The notes beneath the pieces are model-generated. The model was not told the origin of the DNA. It was given only the letters and a program-made list of their open reading frames with translations, and ran no database searches. Shown one piece after another: positions 25,989-36,145 of a stretch of 51,745 nt of DNA. Location: NCBI GenBank assembly GCA_044233685.1, contig JBIIJO010000001.1:1-51745 (forward strand), read 5' to 3'. Position 1 is the stretch's first letter, and each line of letters starts with the position of its first letter. Both the position numbers and the translations under genes were made by a program. This DNA comes from Candidatus Planktophila sp. (GTDB lineage Bacteria > Actinomycetota > Actinomycetes > Nanopelagicales > Nanopelagicaceae).

Positions 25989-28619
25989 GTGAGCCTCGTG
26001 AAAAAGCGCTTATCCCTATTTGTAGCCCTCCTTGTTGGTTTTGTTGGTCTGGGGCTCACTCCTGCGCTAGCTGTTGATGAACGCGTAATTGATGTTGTTG
26101 CAGTTACATGGGCCGGTGCCGCAGCTCCTGCTGGTGGTGTGAATGAAGTAGCTAAGGTAATTAACACAGAAGTAAATGCTGATTGGAAAAAGTTCACCAC
26201 TCTCTACGGTGATGCTAAAGATCGCGCAATTTCATTTGTGAGTGGCAAGATTTTATCCGAACCTATTTCACTTATATCTAAGATGGCCTGTTCTGGTTAT
26301 GCGGGTGCTGAATTTCTCACATCAATTAGACCTGAGGCATATAAGCGCTTAGGTATTAGTGATTACACCAATCGCTACCTAGTAGTAATTTCACCTAAAG
26401 CGGGCTGCGTGTGGTCAGGCAGAGCGGCATTAGGCGGACCCAAAAGTGTTTCTGGAACTTTAATTCTCCAAGATTCTGCGTCTGGTTATGTCATCACTCA
26501 CGAGCTCGGACATACTTTTGGTTTAGGGCACAGCAATTTCTTGCGCTGCGATAACGCAGCAAATGATGGTGCATGGTCTGATACCTGCAAAGCTGTTGAA
26601 TATGGTGGAACCATCGATGTGATGGGAAATGTTGATACAACATCTCCTTTAAATACTTACCACCAGTGGCGCATGGGGTATTTAGATGATTCACAGATTA
26701 AACAAGTCTGGCAATCAGAGGTTGTAAATCTTGCGCCCAGTGATTTTGCCAATGGCATTAGAGCTATTTACATACGAGATGGTAAAGCTGCTTACTGGGT
26801 TGAATATCGCAGAAAGCTAGAAGGAGTTGGATATAAGCCAGGGTTAGCTATTTTTCGTTTAGATCCGCCACCAATTACCTCGGTAGTCTCCCCTAACCCA
26901 GAAGATGCTGCAGCAGAAGAGTTTGGTATGGCGCTGGGCACAGATGTCTGGATGCTCAATTTAGATTCCTACCAATACCGCGACGCTCGCTCTATTGGTG
27001 GATCCATGACAGCCCTAACAGCAACAACGTATTCAGGCAATGTTTCATTGAGCGCAGTTGCATCTGAAACTGGGGCAGTTGTAACAATTAAGAAAAAGAC
27101 AGATAACGTGGCACCGCCTGTTCCACCAGTAGTTTCTGTTGATCAGTGGCGCTCACCGAACATGACAATTCTTAAAGCTGGTTATGAAGATGCTGACACA
27201 GCAATTGTTGGCTTTGAAGCACAAATTGATAGCGCAGTGCAAAGCCTTAAAGCATCAGATATCGATGGTTGGAGACCAACATATCTCAACCCATTCATTG
27301 CACCCAAGACGCTTTATTTGCGAGATTTACCTGAAGGCTCATACAACTTCGCGCTCCGTGCAATAGATATTTTAGGAAATAAGAGCCAGTGGTCACCCAC
27401 TCAGAAAGTAGTTATTGACCGTGGCCGCCCAGTTGTTACCAATGATTTTGTTTTAACTGCTGCAAACAGCAATGAGATTTCCTTGCAATGGAAAGGTGCA
27501 ACCGATCCTGGAAGTGGAATTTGCCAAGTAGATGTGGTGGATGAAGATGGATTAGTTATTCAATCCTCTTCAGTAAAAAACGCACCAGTATTTAAAGTAG
27601 CTAGTGGCACCACTTTGAACGGCACAGCTCAAGTCTTTGACTGTATTGGCAATGGAATGAAGGGTGATGTGAGCATCTCCACTTCATTTGTCAGTGGAGA
27701 TAAAAGTGCGAAGACGGGTAAATGGAGCCCAGCTGGCGCTGCCTATGGTGCAGGGGCAATTAAGTGCACTGGTAAGTGCACAGCATCACTAAGTGTTGCA
27801 GGAAAGAACAATGTGCTCGTGGGCACAGGTGTTGCAAGCATCGCTATTGGCAATAAAACAGTTGCGACGATTGCAGATAGTAGATTTACAAAGATGCGTA
27901 TTGGTGCAAGCATTGATGCTGGAGCGACTAAGAAGGTTGTAAGAATCAGCGGAATCAACTTGGTCCTCATTGGGCTTTCATCTTTTTCAACAACAATTGG
28001 AACATATAAAGAGTTTGATAGAAGTCCTGAAGTGAGCGATCCCTCACTGACCGATAGCAAGCAGAGCGCGTTGTCTAAATATGGATTTCGTGCAAGTGAT
28101 TTTAGCCAGGAGTGGACTGTGCTGCCTATGGTTGGTGGAACCACAACAAATGACCCAACTCTAGATTTGTGTAATGGCGTTTTTCTCTCAGAAAAAGAGC
28201 GAGTTGAACGCCGCCAGATTTCAGCTACAAAATTGGGAAGTACATTCACATTTCTATCTTCAGAGGTAGTGCGTTATTCATCAGCAGCTGCAGCAACGGC
28301 GGCACAAAAAGAGCTTTTAAAAGTCTTTACTGATTGTCAGGCGAATAAAGGCTATAAAGATGCGACGGGGGCACTTGTTCCTTATGAGTTTAAAACACTC
28401 GGTAAGATTCCAGCTGGAGTTGTGAGTGAATCAAATCGAGTATTTGTCTATACGAATATAGATTCAGGGACAGGAGCTAGAACTCTGTTGGGCTTCTATC
28501 AATTTAGTGGTGAAATGTTTACAGGCCTCTATGTGTTAAATACAGCAGGCTTTAGTGATGCACAGGTGGAAAAGTGGCTAAAAGTGGCCGCCACGATGGC
28601 CTCACGCCTTAAGGGATAA
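25989..28619 (+). CDS. secreted metzincin zinc metalloprotease (M11-like) with FN3-like and C-terminal accessory domains
   Basis: Signal peptide, HELGHTFGLGH zinc motif, EYGG..DVMG Met-turn, VRAID..GN.S-type FN3 motif. Confidence 0.75.
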   Translation: MSLVKKRLSLFVALLVGFVGLGLTPALAVDERVIDVVAVTWAGAAAPAGGVNEVAKVINTEVNADWKKFTTLYGDAKDRAISFVSGKILSEPISLISKMACSGYAGAEFLTSIRPEAYKRLGISDYTNRYLVVISPKAGCVWSGRAALGGPKSVSGTLILQDSASGYVITHELGHTFGLGHSNFLRCDNAANDGAWSDTCKAVEYGGTIDVMGNVDTTSPLNTYHQWRMGYLDDSQIKQVWQSEVVNLAPSDFANGIRAIYIRDGKAAYWVEYRRKLEGVGYKPGLAIFRLDPPPITSVVSPNPEDAAAEEFGMALGTDVWMLNLDSYQYRDARSIGGSMTALTATTYSGNVSLSAVASETGAVVTIKKKTDNVAPPVPPVVSVDQWRSPNMTILKAGYEDADTAIVGFEAQIDSAVQSLKASDIDGWRPTYLNPFIAPKTLYLRDLPEGSYNFALRAIDILGNKSQWSPTQKVVIDRGRPVVTNDFVLTAANSNEISLQWKGATDPGSGICQVDVVDEDGLVIQSSSVKNAPVFKVASGTTLNGTAQVFDCIGNGMKGDVSISTSFVSGDKSAKTGKWSPAGAAYGAGAIKCTGKCTASLSVAGKNNVLVGTGVASIAIGNKTVATIADSRFTKMRIGASIDAGATKKVVRISGINLVLIGLSSFSTTIGTYKEFDRSPEVSDPSLTDSKQSALSKYGFRASDFSQEWTVLPMVGGTTTNDPTLDLCNGVFLSEKERVERRQISATKLGSTFTFLSSEVVRYSSAAAATAAQKELLKVFTDCQANKGYKDATGALVPYEFKTLGKIPAGVVSESNRVFVYTNIDSGTGARTLLGFYQFSGEMFTGLYVLNTAGFSDAQVEKWLKVAATMASRLKG

Positions 28620-28643
28620 ATCCCCCGACATATACTCAGCCCC

Positions 28644-29684
28644 GTGAGTATCACCTCAATACAGTTCGTTATTTTGGGCATCTCTGCTTTTGTTTTGGCA
28701 GGTTTTTTAACATGGCCAGTTCGAGCTTTAGCAGTCAAATTGAGTGTGATGGATCTGCCAAATATGGAACGCAAGACTCAGAAAGAACCAGTTCCGTATT
28801 TGGGTGGTGTGGCAATTGCACTGAGTGTCATTGCCGTGACCTATGGAGCAATTCTTTACTCAGATAATACGAAAACTACTTTCTCTCTTGTTACCTACGC
28901 CTTGTTGCCGGCTGCTGTTTTAGGGTTAATGGGTTTAATTGATGACATTAAAGGGTTACCAGCTCTTCCTAGGTTGGTAGCACAAACCGTAGTTGCCATC
29001 CTTGTGGCAATTTTTCTCATTAATCGCAACCTTGTTGCATCCCCAATTGGTAATGAGTTATTGAATGAAATCTTTGTTGTGATCTGGATTGTTGCAATAT
29101 GTAACTCTATTAATTTCTTTGATAATTTAGATGGTGGGGCTGCTGGAACGGTTGCAGTTTCAACCTTTGGAATAAGTCTGATTGCTGCTAATCAAGGTCA
29201 AGAGCTGATCACTGCTCTCTCGGTTGTTACATGCGGGGCGACAGTTGGCTTTTTGCTCTGGAATAAATCCCCAGCCAAGATCTATATGGGAGATGCAGGA
29301 GCGCTCTTTCTCGGTGTCTTAGTGGCTGTTTTAACTATTCGCCTTAACCCTGGAATCTCTCCTCAATTTAACTCAATTGCGATTTTGCCAATGTTGTTAG
29401 CAGTCCCAATCTTGGATACGTGCATTGCAGTCTTTTCACGCCTTCGCCGAGGGATTTCCCCATTTACTGGTGGAAAAGATCACTTATCCCATCGCCTGAT
29501 GCGAGAGGGATTGAGCAAGCACAACACTGCTTTTTGCCTATGGGGTATGCAGGCTAGCTTTGTTGCTATTGCATTAGCTGTTTATAACTACAGCGCAACC
29601 TTTGGTACACCAGGCGTAGTTCTAGCTGGGGTTTATTGGTTAGGTGCTTTTGTGTGGTTCTGGCGTATACCTTCTAGTGACTAA
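28644..29684 (+). CDS. MraY/WecA family polyprenyl-phosphate sugar-1-phosphate transferase
   Basis: PYLGG, GLIDD, NFFDNLDG, PAKIYMGDAG, DHLSHRL. Confidence 0.92.
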   Translation: MSITSIQFVILGISAFVLAGFLTWPVRALAVKLSVMDLPNMERKTQKEPVPYLGGVAIALSVIAVTYGAILYSDNTKTTFSLVTYALLPAAVLGLMGLIDDIKGLPALPRLVAQTVVAILVAIFLINRNLVASPIGNELLNEIFVVIWIVAICNSINFFDNLDGGAAGTVAVSTFGISLIAANQGQELITALSVVTCGATVGFLLWNKSPAKIYMGDAGALFLGVLVAVLTIRLNPGISPQFNSIAILPMLLAVPILDTCIAVFSRLRRGISPFTGGKDHLSHRLMREGLSKHNTAFCLWGMQASFVAIALAVYNYSATFGTPGVVLAGVYWLGAFVWFWRIPSSD

Positions 29685-30610
29685 GCAGAAACCGCGTTCA
29701 ACTTTTCCTCTTCATCCTTACTCAACTCCACAACCTGAATAATCTCTTCCACCTGCTCCACAGTTCTAGCAGATGCAATAGGGACACTCACGCTTGGTTG
29801 AGCACGTAGCCAGGCAAGTGCAACGGCAGAGAGAGAAACGTTGTGGTTTTTAGCAACTTCATCCATGACAGTTAGGACTGCGTAGTTCTTATCAGTTGCA
29901 TATTCTCTGGCACCTGCTGCTCGCTTTGAATCTACTTCTGTAACTCCTGGGCGGTATTTGCCTGTGAGGAATCCTCTGGCAATGCCGTAGAAAGGAATAT
30001 TGGAGATTCCAAGATCTGAAACTGCTTCTGACATTTCACCTTCATAGGATTTTCTATCAGCGAGGTTATAGAGATCTTGGACTGCGACGTATGCCGGGAT
30101 GTTGTTATCTTCACTGAATTTGATTGAATCACGCAGGCGTGCTGGTGTGAAGTTAGAGGCGGCGATGTAGCGGACCTTGCCCTGTGCGATGAGCTGGGCG
30201 TATGCGCCCAAGGTTTCTTCAAGTGAGACAGTCTCATCATCTGAATGGCTGTAGTAAAGATCGATGTAATCAGTTTGCAGACGGTTTAATGATTCTTCAC
30301 AAGCTGCAAAGATGTTCTTAGCTGATAGGCCTGGGCGTGTATCCATCTTTGAGACTTTTGTAGCAATAACCATTGATTGGCGGTTGTTGCGTTTTTTCAT
30401 CCAAGATCCAATAACGGTTTCGGATTCACCACCCACATGTCCTTCTACCCACTGGTTATACATATCGGCAGTGTCGATGAAGTTACCGGCATGTGCGCTA
30501 TAGGCATCCATCACTGCATGGGATTGGGCTTCATCGGCATTGGAGCCAAAGATGTTGCTGCCAAGGCACAGCGGATGAACTACGAGGTCAGTTTCTGGGA
30601 TAGTGATCAT
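29681..30610 (-). CDS. aldo/keto reductase
   Basis: LCLGSNIFG, IDTADMY, ATKV, SLNRLQTDYIDLYYSH; TACTGT-N6-ATG start. Confidence 0.92.
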   Translation of the reverse strand: MITIPETDLVVHPLCLGSNIFGSNADEAQSHAVMDAYSAHAGNFIDTADMYNQWVEGHVGGESETVIGSWMKKRNNRQSMVIATKVSKMDTRPGLSAKNIFAACEESLNRLQTDYIDLYYSHSDDETVSLEETLGAYAQLIAQGKVRYIAASNFTPARLRDSIKFSEDNNIPAYVAVQDLYNLADRKSYEGEMSEAVSDLGISNIPFYGIARGFLTGKYRPGVTEVDSKRAAGAREYATDKNYAVLTVMDEVAKNHNVSLSAVALAWLRAQPSVSVPIASARTVEQVEEIIQVVELSKDEEEKLNAVSA

Positions 30611-30637
30611 GCACGCACAGTAAGGCACAATTGGTGC

Positions 30638-31129
30638 GTGGTCGAAACAACGGGCGGGTTCACTAGTGCAGGGTTGGCTCTAGAGGCTAAAACCTTAGAA
30701 CTTCCTTCCTTGTCCCAAAAAGAGGCAATAGAAATAGGCGAGATCGCACTTGATCTTGGCTTTGAGCGCTCTGTGCCCATCGCAGTTGAAGTGCGATTAA
30801 AAGAGTGGGTTGTTTTTCACGCATCTCTGCCTGGTTCCTCTCCCGATAATGATTCATGGATCGCTCGTAAAGCGCGCGTTGTGTTAGCAACAGGTAACTC
30901 AACAATGTTTGAAAGAGTATTAGCTGAAGAACAAGGCATTGATTGGTATGCAGCTAAAGGATTACCGGAAGAGACTCATGCCATTCATGGTGGTGGTCTT
31001 GCATTAAACGTTTCAGGCTTTGGTTGCATGGGGATTTTGTTGATTAGTGGTCTGCCGCAAGTGCAAGATCACTTGTTAGGCGTTGAAGTACTAACTGAGT
31101 TTTTAGCTCGCAAAGGCGAACTACCGTGA
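30638..31129 (+). CDS. heme-degrading/GlcG-HbpS (UPF0303) domain protein
   Basis: DNDSWIARK, HGGG and ISGLPQVQDH motifs; CACAAT-N6-GTG start. Confidence 0.8.
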   Translation: MVETTGGFTSAGLALEAKTLELPSLSQKEAIEIGEIALDLGFERSVPIAVEVRLKEWVVFHASLPGSSPDNDSWIARKARVVLATGNSTMFERVLAEEQGIDWYAAKGLPEETHAIHGGGLALNVSGFGCMGILLISGLPQVQDHLLGVEVLTEFLARKGELP

Positions 31130-32028
31130 GCATCTGGGTGTGTGGTGAAGTATTAATAGATATTTTGCCAACAGGTGCTGTTGTTGGTGGTGGACCAGCA
31201 AATACTGCCAAAGCACTCGCGCGCTTAGGTTATGAGGTTGATTTTATTGATGGTATTTCAACTGATGCTTATGGAGCCAGTGCACGAAAAGAATTGACCA
31301 GAGATGGTGTGGGATTAGGACTATCTCTTGCAAGTGATAAACCAACTTGCACAGCAACTGTTACTTTAGATTCAAAAGGCTCTGCTTCATATGAGTTTCG
31401 GATCGATGGCACCGCTACTTTTGATTTCAATTCCACTTGGCTGCCTGATCCTGAGCGTTTAAAGCCCTCTGTATTACATATAGGAACTCTTGTAACAATC
31501 ATTGAGCCTGGGGCATCTGTTCTCTTTGATTGGGCAGTAAAGGTTGGCGAGTTTGCACCGATTGTCTTTGATCCCAACATCAGGCCTTCTGTGATGGCAG
31601 ATAGAGCTAAATACGCTGCTGCTGTTGAGAAATGGGTCTCTATTTCTTCAGTTGTCAAAGTCAGTGATGATGACATCACCTGGCTTTATCCAACAGAATC
31701 TTTAGATGTTGTTGCCCATCGCTGGATTGAGGCAGGAGTGAGCTGTGTGGTCATTACATGCGGTGCCAAAGGACTTATTGGTTTCACAGCTTCAGGTATG
31801 GAAGAAGTAGATGGCGTGAAGGTCGATGTGGTGGACACTGTGGGCGCTGGTGACACTGCTGGCGCAATTGTTGTTGAAGGCATTATCAAGCACTCTGTGC
31901 ATGGTTTGCAGGGACAAGTCTTAAATGCCGTAATACACAAAGCAGCAATCGCTGCTGGTATTACTTGTTCACGTGCAGGGGCACAGCCTCCACGAGCGCA
32001 CGAATTAGTAGATGCAATGGAGAAGTAG
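31126..32028 (+). CDS. PfkB family carbohydrate kinase (fructokinase-like)
   Basis: GEVLID, GGGPANTA, DPNIRP, VDTVGAGD. Confidence 0.9.
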   Translation: MSIWVCGEVLIDILPTGAVVGGGPANTAKALARLGYEVDFIDGISTDAYGASARKELTRDGVGLGLSLASDKPTCTATVTLDSKGSASYEFRIDGTATFDFNSTWLPDPERLKPSVLHIGTLVTIIEPGASVLFDWAVKVGEFAPIVFDPNIRPSVMADRAKYAAAVEKWVSISSVVKVSDDDITWLYPTESLDVVAHRWIEAGVSCVVITCGAKGLIGFTASGMEEVDGVKVDVVDTVGAGDTAGAIVVEGIIKHSVHGLQGQVLNAVIHKAAIAAGITCSRAGAQPPRAHELVDAMEK

Positions 32029-32796
32029 ATGGAATTTATTGATGATGCTGAGTTTCAGATTGCTATTGATAATGACAATGGTGCACGTATTACTTCATTG
32101 AAGTGGCGCGATAATGAATTTGCTGTGCCATTTAGAGGACAAGTGCATACATCTGGTTGGTATGCGATGGCGCCGTGGGCTGGACGCATTAATGAAGGTT
32201 TGATTAAAGATGCCAGCGGACAAGAGTTTCAACTACCAGCAACAATTGATCCACCTCATGCGCTTCATGGGTTTGGCTTGATTTCTTCTTGGCAAGAGAT
32301 AGGTCCTGGCAGATCACTACTTCATTTGCCAGCACCATATAACGGTGCAACTGTTGAACAATCTATTGAGGTTTTAGATGATGCAGTGCGCTGGTCACTT
32401 GAATATGAACCTAACGGCTGTGAACTACCTGCATGGATGGGTTTTCATCCCTGGTTTGCTCGTGATTTAGATCGCGGTGGTAGTGCAGAAATTGAGTTTG
32501 AAGCAAGAGAGATGCTGATTCGTGGCAGTGATGGAATACCAACGGGAGAGCGATGTGCACCAACGCCCCAACCTTGGGATGATGCTTTTACTGGCATTAA
32601 AGGCACTCCTGCAGTTGTTTGGGAAGATGTGGCACGTATTTCTATTGAGTGCGATGCACCGTGGTGGGTTGTTTACACAGAAGATAGCGAAGGTGTGTGT
32701 TTAGAGCCTCAGACCGCACCTCCTGATGCGCAAAACCTAGGTATTAGTGGTGAGAACTACATCGAAGCTTTATTTGTTTTTGAATCACTTGAATAG
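32029..32796 (+). CDS. aldose 1-epimerase family protein
   Basis: MAPWAGRI, HALHG, GFHPWF, WDDAF, CLEPQT. Confidence 0.88.
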   Translation: MEFIDDAEFQIAIDNDNGARITSLKWRDNEFAVPFRGQVHTSGWYAMAPWAGRINEGLIKDASGQEFQLPATIDPPHALHGFGLISSWQEIGPGRSLLHLPAPYNGATVEQSIEVLDDAVRWSLEYEPNGCELPAWMGFHPWFARDLDRGGSAEIEFEAREMLIRGSDGIPTGERCAPTPQPWDDAFTGIKGTPAVVWEDVARISIECDAPWWVVYTEDSEGVCLEPQTAPPDAQNLGISGENYIEALFVFESLE

Positions 32797-32805
32797 ACTA
32801 CGAAC

Positions 32806-34155
32806 ATGATTAATCGTGATCGTTTAGCTACTTTGCGTGCAAAAGAAGATGCACGCTTTCTTGCACTGCATCCAAAATCAGGCGAGATGTTTAAAGAGGG
32901 ACAAAAGAACATGCCTGGCGGTGTGCCAATGTCTTGGATGGCTAAGTGGCCAGGTGCATACCCAGTCTTTGTTAGTCAGGCTAAGGGAGCACGATTTAGT
33001 GATGTGGATGGCAATACTTATATTGATTTTTGTTTAGGTGATACAGGATCAATGACTGGGCACTCACCTGATGCAACAGTTGCAGCTATTCGTGAACAAG
33101 TAGGCAAAGGCATTACAGCGATGCTTCCAACACAAGATGCTGCCATTGTTTCTGCAGAGTTAGCTAAGCGCTTTGGTTTACCGCTCTGGCAGTTCACCGT
33201 CTCTGCAACTGATGCTAACCGCCACGTGATTCGCTATAGCCGCATGATTACGCAGCGCTCAAAAATTATTGTTATTGATCGCTGTTATCACGGCTCAGTT
33301 GATGAAACCTTTGCAACGCTAGATTCTCTTGGCAACACAGTTGCCCGTGAGGGAAACATTGGGGCGCCAGTTGCACTTGATCAAACAACTCGAGTTGTGG
33401 AGTTCAATGACATTGCAGGAATGGAAAAAGCTTTAGCTCACGGCGATATTGCAGCAATCTTGATGGAGCCTGCAATGACTAATGTGGGAATTGTTTTGCC
33501 ACAGGCTGGTTATTTAGAGGCTGTGCAAGAGCTAGCTAAGAAATACGGCACTATCTTGATTATTGATGAGACACATACGATCTCTGTAGGCCCTGGTGGA
33601 ATGACGGCAGATAGAGGGCTAAAGCCAGACTTTTTAACGATTGGTAAAGCAATTGCAGGTGGCATACCAACTGGAACTTTTGGAATGACGCACGCAATCG
33701 CTGATGACATTAAGCGCATGGTCGAGCTTGAAATCATTGATACTGGCGGCATTGGTGGAACCTTGGCCGGTAATGCTCTTTCTCTTGCTTCTATGCGAGC
33801 AACTTTAAGTGAAGTTTTAACTCAAAAGAACTTTGATCACATGATCGCACTTGGCACACGCTGGTCTGATGGTGTGGACGCTGCTATAAAAGAGTTTGAC
33901 TTGCCTTGGACCTGTAATCGCTTAGGTGCACGTGGTGAATACATGTTTGGCAAGAGTGCGCCTGTAACTGGGGCTGATGCTAATAACGCTGGAGATTTTG
34001 AACTCGAGCAATACATTCACCTGCGCATGCTCAATGATGGCTTTTTGATTACGCCTTTCCATAACATGGCGCTGATGTGTCCAGATACAACGGCAGCAGA
34101 TGTTGATGCCCATACAAAGGCCTTTAGAACTATGTGCCAAGAACTTGTGCAATAA
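32806..34155 (+). CDS. class III PLP aminotransferase (GSA-aminomutase-like)
   Basis: DVDGNTYIDF, CYHG, EPAMTN, IDETHT, GKAIAGG. Confidence 0.88.
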   Translation: MINRDRLATLRAKEDARFLALHPKSGEMFKEGQKNMPGGVPMSWMAKWPGAYPVFVSQAKGARFSDVDGNTYIDFCLGDTGSMTGHSPDATVAAIREQVGKGITAMLPTQDAAIVSAELAKRFGLPLWQFTVSATDANRHVIRYSRMITQRSKIIVIDRCYHGSVDETFATLDSLGNTVAREGNIGAPVALDQTTRVVEFNDIAGMEKALAHGDIAAILMEPAMTNVGIVLPQAGYLEAVQELAKKYGTILIIDETHTISVGPGGMTADRGLKPDFLTIGKAIAGGIPTGTFGMTHAIADDIKRMVELEIIDTGGIGGTLAGNALSLASMRATLSEVLTQKNFDHMIALGTRWSDGVDAAIKEFDLPWTCNRLGARGEYMFGKSAPVTGADANNAGDFELEQYIHLRMLNDGFLITPFHNMALMCPDTTAADVDAHTKAFRTMCQELVQ

Positions 34156-34163
34156 GTTCTAAA

Positions 34164-35933
34164 TTACTTCTTCTTATAACCCTTTGGACATACCGGCTTA
34201 ACTGCAGTTACCTTCTTGACAACTTTGCCCTTGATACAAGAAATGGTTGTTTTCTTAATGGGCGCTGTAGTTACTGTTGGTGTTGGCGTAGGTGTCGCCG
34301 TTACTGTTGGTGTTGGTTCTGGAGTTGGCGTAGGGGTAGGAGTTGGAGCAGGTGCTTCTTGAGTCAGCTTCACCCGCACAGTTGGTGATGAGTAATTAAA
34401 GCCATTAGCTGAAAGATAGAGCCAACCATTTCTCTCACTCACAGCAGTCGTTGCAACTTGAGAGGAACCATCAGATGAAACAATGCTCACAGTTGCTGAA
34501 ATAGGAGCTTTCGTAAATCCGTAAATGCACCGTGCAGCATCTGAATTAAGGATTAAGTAATAGTTACCAACATTGGGCTTGCCTGCTTCATTAAGGTGAG
34601 GAGAAGAGACTTTGTAATCTAGAGATTGGGTCTCTTTGTTAAATGTTGGAGGTGAAGATATATACATTCCAGCATTTGTGGTCACAATTCCAGTTAAGTC
34701 CTTGGAGTTACTCAAACAGGTGCGTATTTGATCACCTGCGCTATAGATTTCAGAACTGCTCAGTGTGCGGGCGATCCACATAGTTCTATCACCAATGGAT
34801 TTGTCTTTAGCTACGTCCAACCACCATAAGTACTCTTTAAAGGTTTCTGCGTTGTATTGATCAAAATGCTGCAATAGCTGCACGTTATCTCGGCTACTGC
34901 CTTTGCCATCGGTGTATACAAAAACCCCGCCCCAGTTAGGCATTGCATAGAGATAGTCATAGAGAGCCTTTGGCATCTCTGAGTTCTTAACCCAGGTGTT
35001 TACAACTGGAACAGATACAGAGCCAGCCTCAATAGTAAAGAGTTGGCGTCCATCACTTTCTGTTGAGATCTTGATTGTTGGGTCAAGTAAGCGTCCATGC
35101 ATGAAGCTGGTGAGTGGAATTGATGTTCTGATTTCTAAACGGAAACGAACATCTTTAGGTAGCGGCCAACTCATGGCGCACTCACCTTTATCACCAGATG
35201 CCTGGCACCCACTGTTAGTGCCATCCCACCACGCCGCTTTACCGACAGCATCGGCCTTACCCGCTCTGATACTAAAAGTTGGGTAGTCAGTTCCTGCAGG
35301 GTTTTTCTCTTTAGTTATTGCAAAGATTCCTACATCAAATTTTTGTGGGGCAAAGTTAGTTATCTTGTCATCACCGCGCCCAGCACCACCAAGGAAGTAG
35401 CGTGGGTAGACCATGAACTTATTGCCACCTTGATGGGTTAAGCCATCAAAGGTCCAAAGAGATGGCAAACCACCATCGGGGATATTAAGAGCAGCATTTC
35501 CTTTAAAGTTGTATTCATTCTGTGCTGGATAACTTTCAGCAAACTTTCCGGCTATTTCTTTTCCATCTTTAATAGCAGTGACGGTGGCGATGCAATTTGT
35601 TTGAGCACTTGAAGTGCAAGGCTCCAAAATTGCGTCATACCAAATGTTGTCTGCGTTAGCGCAGTTTGGGTCTGCATATGATTTACAGACAAAAGCTTCC
35701 TTTTGGACCCAGTTGCCATTCTTTTTCTCAAAGTAGAAACCCACCATGTTGGATTGACGTGCTGTGAGCTCAAATGCATCTTCAACAAGGACGCCGGTGT
35801 AACCACCGACATTTTTAACTGCAGGTCCTTGATCCCAGAACTGCTCTATTGGCTTGTTATCGGCTGCTGCAAAGTTTGGGGCAAGTAAGGCAAAGGAAAG
35901 GACAGCCATTAGTAGAACCCGAGATTTACGCAT
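34164..35933 (-). CDS. secreted surface protein, TITC-tail family
   Basis: Signal peptide, Cys pairs, conserved YKVSSPH...ARCIYGF.KAPI...NGWLYLSANGF domain, PT linker, TTISCIKGK...CPKGYKKK. Confidence 0.85.
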   Translation of the reverse strand: MRKSRVLLMAVLSFALLAPNFAAADNKPIEQFWDQGPAVKNVGGYTGVLVEDAFELTARQSNMVGFYFEKKNGNWVQKEAFVCKSYADPNCANADNIWYDAILEPCTSSAQTNCIATVTAIKDGKEIAGKFAESYPAQNEYNFKGNAALNIPDGGLPSLWTFDGLTHQGGNKFMVYPRYFLGGAGRGDDKITNFAPQKFDVGIFAITKEKNPAGTDYPTFSIRAGKADAVGKAAWWDGTNSGCQASGDKGECAMSWPLPKDVRFRLEIRTSIPLTSFMHGRLLDPTIKISTESDGRQLFTIEAGSVSVPVVNTWVKNSEMPKALYDYLYAMPNWGGVFVYTDGKGSSRDNVQLLQHFDQYNAETFKEYLWWLDVAKDKSIGDRTMWIARTLSSSEIYSAGDQIRTCLSNSKDLTGIVTTNAGMYISSPPTFNKETQSLDYKVSSPHLNEAGKPNVGNYYLILNSDAARCIYGFTKAPISATVSIVSSDGSSQVATTAVSERNGWLYLSANGFNYSSPTVRVKLTQEAPAPTPTPTPTPEPTPTVTATPTPTPTVTTAPIKKTTISCIKGKVVKKVTAVKPVCPKGYKKK

Positions 35934-36145
35934 TGCAGCTCCCCTGCCAGATGTAAGACACAAAGATATCGACGGGTTCACCGCATCGCCAAGGCCTATT
36001 TATGCATGGCGGCGCATTAACTTTGGAAATTAGCCGGAGTTTTTGGCTAAAGAAGCCCCGCTGCGTGCATAAATCCATGGCTCATTGACGGGATATAGAG
36101 GAGTCAAACTAGGCTTGGCTTAAGTAATGTGAGCGGGGAGCTTTA

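Noticed and set aside
30377-30637. N-terminal extension of the GlcG/HbpS-domain ORF
   Set aside because: It is antisense overlap with the aldo/keto reductase; GTG 30638 has its own -10
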